A stretch of 64,000 bases of DNA from an uncultured Hormoscilla sp. GTDB taxonomy: Bacteria > Cyanobacteriota > Cyanobacteriia > Cyanobacteriales > Desertifilaceae. Under the pieces are notes generated by a model that saw only the letters and a list, made by a program, of their open reading frames with translations, had not been told where the DNA came from and did no database searches. Position numbers and translations under genes: made by a program. Numbering within the stretch: position 1 is the stretch's first letter; each line of letters begins with the position of its first letter. This document shows, one piece after another, positions 55,338 through 64,000 of this stretch. The DNA is taken from contig OZ001293.3 in NCBI GenBank assembly GCA_963921275.4, forward strand, positions 4,480,001 through 4,544,000, in the 5' to 3' direction.

Positions 55338-56618
55338 ATGAGTTACTGTATCAACCCCCAATTGCCCCAATCCTCAAAACTCTGACAACCAGCTATTTGG
55401 CGCTGCTTGCGGTTCGGAATTACTCCTAGAAGGACAATATCGCATCCTGGGCAAACTAGGCGGCGGTGGTTTTGGCACTACCTATGAGGTAGATGACCCG
55501 AAACAACTGCCGGTATAAAGGAGAGACCTAAAAGCCTCGCGAAATGATACTAGGGAACGAAGTAACCCCTCGTGAGCTGTCCAGTAGGACCAGTCAGATG
55601 TGAAGCGTAAGCCACGAGTGGGAAAGATGGCCCGAGAAGCTAATGCCTGGGCGGTGTCTGGAGCATGCCGTGTCCTTCAGGACAAGAGCCCGGTGTCTGG
55701 AGCGTACCGATGGCGCTACGCTGGGCGCGCAGCGCATGTCCTTCAGGACAAGAGTACGCTCCAGACACCGGAGCGGAAGACGCCGGGTAATGCCCATGGA
55801 TACGCTGACGCGGGTCGGAGATATCAGGAAGCTACTGGTTGAAAGTAACCCTAAAAGGTTATAAACCATGCACAATTAGTGACATAGGGATAAATAACTG
55901 GTAAAACGAGCGAGTAAATGGTGATCCCTTAAGGTTTCTCGGCTGCACCAATCACCAACCAGGGAAGGGGCCAAATTGCAAGTAGTAAGGGCCAACGGTG
56001 AGCAATCCCTAGTAAGCCTATCCATGACAACGGACCTGGTACCCAGTAGCCGGATGCGGTGAAAATCGCACGTCCGGTTCGGAATGGGAGGGTTGGGAAG
56101 CGATTTCCAGCTCGACCCCGACTGGAACGGCAAAGGTTTTGAAAGTCCTGCATCTGAACGAACCCAAAGCTATCTCCCTATTTCAGCAAGAAGCAAAGGT
56201 ATTAGAACAGTTGCATCATTCAGGGATTCCCAAGGTTGACCCTGATGGCTATTTTACCTTTGTTCCCAGAAGCAGCCAAGAGCCCCTGCACTGCTTAGTC
56301 ATGGAAAAAATTGAGGGAGAAGATTTGCAGAATTGGCTAGAAAAACGAGGACGCCCTATCAGTCAAAAGTTAGCACTCAAATGGCTGACTCAGCTAGTAG
56401 AGATTCTCGATGAGGTACATCAGAAGCATTTTTTCCATCGGGATATCAAACCGCCCAATATCATGCTGCGCCCCAGCGGACAACTAGCATTGATTGATTT
56501 CGGCACGGTTAAAGAAATCACGGCTATCTACATGGCAAATGTGAATGCAGGACAGCCAGGTACTGTTGTTTATTCTAGGGGTTATGCGCCAACGGAGCAA
56601 GAAAACGGTCATACATTG
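55338..56618 (+). pseudogene. Ser/Thr protein kinase with N-terminal Cys motif; frameshifted, split by intron I9, truncated by an IS
   Basis: MSYCINP…LGGGGFGTTYEVDD | GTAKVLKVL…HRDIKPPNIM…LIDFG…GYAPTEQ. Confidence 0.88.
55498..56123 (+). ncRNA. 5'-truncated ORF-less group II intron I9
   Basis: End of D1 (GGGAACGAAGTAA), D2, D3, D4, D5 AGCCGGATGCGGTGAAAATCGCACGTCCGGTT, end CTCGACCCCGACT. Confidence 0.9.
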
Positions 56619-58067
56619 CTTACCACCCCTCAGTTTTCCAGCGAGCCCATAGAGGGGGGACCGGGAGTCCATGACGAATCACTCGAATAATCAGACGAAG
56701 TCCAGTGGTAAACAAAGAACACCAAGAACGGAAGCGTTTTGAAGGAGACTTGGGTAAAGGCGTCTCATCACTCATACCAGCAGATGTAGACCAATACATC
56801 GCTAGTGCCATAACCAAAATCAAACGTTCAATACGATCTGCATGCTCAAGTTGAGTTTCAGTAATGCCAAAACCTCTGGTTTTGAAATCCGAAAACATGG
56901 GTTCAATTCCCCAACGAATCCCATAATCTCGTGTTTTGTATTCGGAGGCAGGACAATCCAGAGCTACGATCCAAGGTTCGTCATAGCCAGGGTCTTGAAG
57001 TATACCAATATTAGTTTTTACTTCTTTCTCGTTAAAGCAAGCTCCATTCGAGATTTTTACTCCCAGTGCTGCGGCATCTCTACCAGTAATTTCTCCTCCT
57101 TGGTGTTGGAAAATCAGGTTACCCTTCAGGCGAATCCGGTAACTCCATTGATGATTTTGACACCATTCTACCATCGATGGCGTGCCATAGAATCTGTCAG
57201 CCATCAACAAGATGGAAAAATCTTCAGACAGCATCTGGTATACTTTTTCTAGTAATTGCTTTTCCTCTGAGAACCCTATAGCTCCCTTGGTTTTTTTTAC
57301 ATACCATAGCAATGGCAAAGACCTCCCCCCCATACTGACACTCACCATCAGCACTTCAAAGCCATTTCCCACTTTGCTTTGATCCAATATTAGGAGCAAC
57401 TGCTCTCCATAAGCGGTCATGTTCTCACACAACTCTCTTCCGTAAGAAGCCATTACCAAAGTAACGTCCACTTCGTCACTTGCGAGAAATCTGCTGATAT
57501 ATTGATAGCGTTTTTCATTGTGCTTGATGGGACGGGGTAGTGTGGCGGCCAAGACCATTAGATTGGCAGTTCTCTCTGACAACATGCAACTGACCAAATT
57601 TGCCAAACCTAGTCGCCTAGGTTTACTTAAGCCTGTATCTCGCTGTTCGATATCTGCTAAGATATCGGAGCAAATTTTCGGAATTCCGCCTGATTCCATG
57701 TTGTCAATAAAACTGTGTTTTTTTTCGTTGGGCTCTCCTGCGTTTATCGTAGTAAATGTATCACAAAATACAAATATAGCGGGACAAAAAGGCTGAAACC
57801 CTTGATTTTGTGTGAATATAAGTTTGACTTATCACCCAAAAGGCCGGAGACCCTTCGTTGTCTATTAACGCACGTGGATAACTAGTATTTTTGCTGAGTC
57901 CCCAATTGGGAGATGCTCTCCGTTTTTCTGACTAGACAAATATTTCCATGTATTAATGATCGATCCATAAAAACTCTTTGGAATCAACAATCCATCTCAT
58001 CCCCTAATTGTGCAACGGCTTTTTTTGTACTCTTGGGAATCATAGCAGAATTTTGAGGGGTGGTAAG
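56619..58067 (-). mobile_element. IS4-like DDE element with a 359-aa transposase (56620-57699)
   Basis: 14-bp TIR CTTACCACCCCTCA / TGAGGGGTGGTAAG; LILDQS, LMADRFY, YGIRWGIEPMFSDFK motifs; no TSD seen. Confidence 0.85.
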
Positions 58068-58424
58068 GACAGACTCCCTAAAGCCTTGACATATTCCCAC
58101 TCATATGGTAAGTAGACGCAGGCGGGGACAGCGGCGGCCTAACAACCCCCAGCGATCGCCGGTACAAGGTCGTCAGTGCTAGAGAAATGTAACAAAACTT
58201 ATAGTTTTCTCAGATACCGACAGAGGTAGCCTAAGATAAACATCGTTACGCTTTTTAATAAACGGCGTGGTCAACCCAGATTAATCTAGATCCTGAGTTC
58301 GATCGGGGCCACAGGCAGTCGGTCGCGGTGAAGAGCGAGCAGCTGGCGCTAGGAGGTAGAAATAGGGTTGCCCAGTGGCACGCTTAACTCAGATAAAGAG
58401 CAAAAATTAGAAGGGAGCTGATGA

Positions 58425-61697
<3,273 letters not shown>

Positions 61698-61988
61698 GAT
61701 CGCCGGCTATCCAGGCAGTTCAGGGGTAAGATAAAGGCCCCTGAACCGCTACACAGCTCCTGCCGGGGGAAGCAAAATGAGGGGAAATATTAAATATTGT
61801 GAAGAAGAGATTGAAAATGTAACCGAGATGCAGCAAAATAAAAGCTGAGTTAGTTGCGGCGCAGGAAATCCAACTGAGGTCGCTCCAGCAGGCCCAAAAG
61901 AAACAACTGAGTATAAACTCTCTCTCAGCCTTGGCTTGCGCCAAGTGAAGACCGATTTGGTTACATTAATTATTGGAGGAATCCACGC

Positions 61989-62474
61989 ATGAGTATAGTC
62001 ACGAAATCAATCGTGAATGCAGATGCCGAGGCTCGTTACCTCAGCCCAGGCGAACTAGAACAGATCAAAAGCTTTGTCGGTTCGGGCGAACAGCGTCTGC
62101 GGATCGCTCAAGTTTTGACAGACTCCCGCGAACGGATCGTTAAGGAAGCAGGAGACCAACTGTTCCAAAAGCGTCCAGATGTGGTTTCTCCCGGTGGAAA
62201 TGCCTATGGAGAAGAAATGACCGCTACCTGTCTGCGGGACATGGACTACTATCTGCGTCTGATCACCTACGGAATTGTAGCAGGCGATGTCACCCCGATC
62301 GAAGAAATCGGTCTAGTGGGTGCCAAAGAAATGTACAAGTCTCTGGGAACTTCCCTGGATGCGTTGGCGGAAAGCGTCCGCTGCATGAAGGGTGTCGCCG
62401 TCGGGATGATGTCTGGTGACGACGCTGCGGAAGCAGGCTCCTACTTTGACTACGTGATCGGTGGTCTGCAATAG
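61989..62474 (+). CDS. apcA: Allophycocyanin alpha
   Basis: [29 protein letters not shown]. Confidence 0.98.
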   Translation: MSIVTKSIVNADAEARYLSPGELEQIKSFVGSGEQRLRIAQVLTDSRERIVKEAGDQLFQKRPDVVSPGGNAYGEEMTATCLRDMDYYLRLITYGIVAGDVTPIEEIGLVGAKEMYKSLGTSLDALAESVRCMKGVAVGMMSGDDAAEAGSYFDYVIGGLQ

Positions 62475-62567
62475 GACTGCAATAGGAGATATTCCTTTCC
62501 TTCGGACGACGCACAGAAGCGTCAACAGAAAGTTCGCAAATTTAGGTAACTTCAAAGAAGCAAAACA

Positions 62568-63053
62568 ATGCAAGACGCAATTACCGCTGTAATCAATTCC
62601 TCTGATGTCCAAGGTAAGTACCTGGACATTGCCGCCCTCGACAAGCTGAAAGGCTACTTCCAAACGGGTGGATTGCGCGTGCGCGCAGCAACAGCTATTA
62701 GCGCTAATGCAGCCGCGATTGTCAGGGACGCTGTGGCCAAATCCCTGCTATACTCTGACAGCACCCGTCCGGGTGGCAACATGTACACCACCCGTCGCTA
62801 TGCTGCTTGCATTCGCGACTTAGACTACTTCCTGCGCTACGCCACCTACGCCATGTTGGCAGGAGATCCTTCCATCCTGGATGAGCGCGTGCTCAACGGC
62901 TTGAAGGAAACCTACAACTCCTTGGGCGTGCCCATTGGCAATACAGTGCAAGCCATTCAAGCGATGAAAGACGTCACGGCTGGCCTGGTGGGCCTAGATG
63001 CCGGTAAGGAAATGGGCGTCTATTTTGACTATATCTGCTCTGGCTTGAGCTAG
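62568..63053 (+). CDS. apcB: Allophycocyanin beta
   Basis: [19 protein letters not shown]. Confidence 0.98.
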   Translation: MQDAITAVINSSDVQGKYLDIAALDKLKGYFQTGGLRVRAATAISANAAAIVRDAVAKSLLYSDSTRPGGNMYTTRRYAACIRDLDYFLRYATYAMLAGDPSILDERVLNGLKETYNSLGVPIGNTVQAIQAMKDVTAGLVGLDAGKEMGVYFDYICSGLS

Positions 63054-63241
63054 GAATTTTTCCGGCTGCCTGGCCACTCATTGAGTCTGGGAAGTCGAAA
63101 GTGAGTCCTAGCCCGTTACTAGCCTAGGGAATGGGTTGGATCGGTCTAGGATTGACTCTTGACTCCCAGACTTTAAGATGTAAAATTTAATAAGTTCTAT
63201 AGATTTAAGCTTGAGAGCAAGTACTCAGGAGAAATAGACCC

Positions 63242-63445
63242 ATGCGGATGTTTAAGATTACAGCCTGCGTTCCCAGCCTAACTCGGATTCGCACCCAGCG
63301 GGAACTGCAAAACACATACTTTACCAAGCTAGTCGCCTACGACAACTGGTTTCAGGAGCAGCAGCGGATCATGAAAATGGGTGGCAAAATTGTCAAAGTG
63401 CAACTGGCGACTGGTAAAGTAGGAGCTAACGCAGGGCTGATGTAA
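63242..63445 (+). CDS. apcC: Phycobilisome 7.8-kDa core linker
   Basis: MRMFKITACVPS…RTQRELQNTYFTKLV. Confidence 0.97.
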   Translation: MRMFKITACVPSLTRIRTQRELQNTYFTKLVAYDNWFQEQQRIMKMGGKIVKVQLATGKVGANAGLM

Positions 63446-63506
63446 ACGAAGCTCTTTGATTATACTGCGAAGGTTAGGAACTGCGCTTATTTTAGCAGCC
63501 AATATG

Positions 63507-63696
63507 TCATTGCGAGGGGGGAGATAATTGAGAGATCCTTGTGCAGTAGGAGTAAAACCCCTCGAAGCAATCTCGGCGCGTTGGGTAGGAGATTGCTAGC
63601 GCTCCTGCCGTCGCACGCTTACGCTGCTGCGCTAACGGGAGAGTCTGATAGTAGGGCATACTACAGTTACTGCTTTGGGATCCCCCCTCGCAATGA
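63507..63696. repeat. Intergenic inverted-repeat element (REP/MITE-like)
   Basis: 16-bp IR TCATTGCGAGGGGGGA / TCCCCCCTCGCAATGA enclosing GCAATCT…AGATTGC. Confidence 0.6.
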
Positions 63697-64000
63697 TGCC
63701 TTCTTCTCCATTTTGCGCTCGTCGATCCTTTTCAAAGTGTATCAGCAGATTCAGCAGGGCAAAAGCAGGAAATCTTCCTTTACTTTTGCCTTTTTAAGTT
63801 TTAAGTTTTATTGATAATGCTAGGTCGCTTAACCCATTTTTTCAATCCCTCGGCAGAGGAATGGGCAATGGAAGCCCGACTGCTGCGGTGGCTGACATTC
63901 CTGTGGCTGCTGGTGGGGTTGGGGGTGTTGTTTTCAGCATCTTATTCTGTAGGCGATGCCGACTATGGGGATGGGCTGTACTATTTTAAGCGACAATTGC

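Noticed and set aside
56619..56633. IS4-like element as the autonomous partner of the 223-bp MITE (both contain CTGAGGGG)
   Set aside because: The shared octamer has the opposite polarity relative to the element ends; the terminal sequences CTTACCACC and CTGAGGGGG do not match.

Overview
Cyanobacterial chromosome segment (frequent HIP1 GCGATCGC sites; apcEABC; atp operon; plsX-fabH-fabD...plsC; radA-rpaB; tRNA-Arg(CCT)). The core genes are intact. Most accessory genes are broken by IS982, IS5, ISL3 and IS4 elements, a 223-bp MITE or deletions, which suggests a host-associated genome in early erosion (inference). The main unannotated feature is a swarm of nine group II intron-derived elements (labelled I1-I9), none with an intact reverse transcriptase. 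Eight belong to one ORF-less family. Two of them are apparently identical 871-nt copies. Family members carry different EBS1 targeting loops and form two twintrons; in one, the inner intron's EBS1 pairs with a conserved motif of the introns themselves. Several are 5'-truncated, in two cases with the host exons rejoinable in frame. The family seems to end 9 nt from the branch A, often on non-AY termini (CC/CU). This boundary is supported by gamma-gamma' covariation, EBS3 pairing and reading-frame restoration of the Uma2 host gene. All RNA structure assignments were made by eye and need folding and RT-PCR confirmation.
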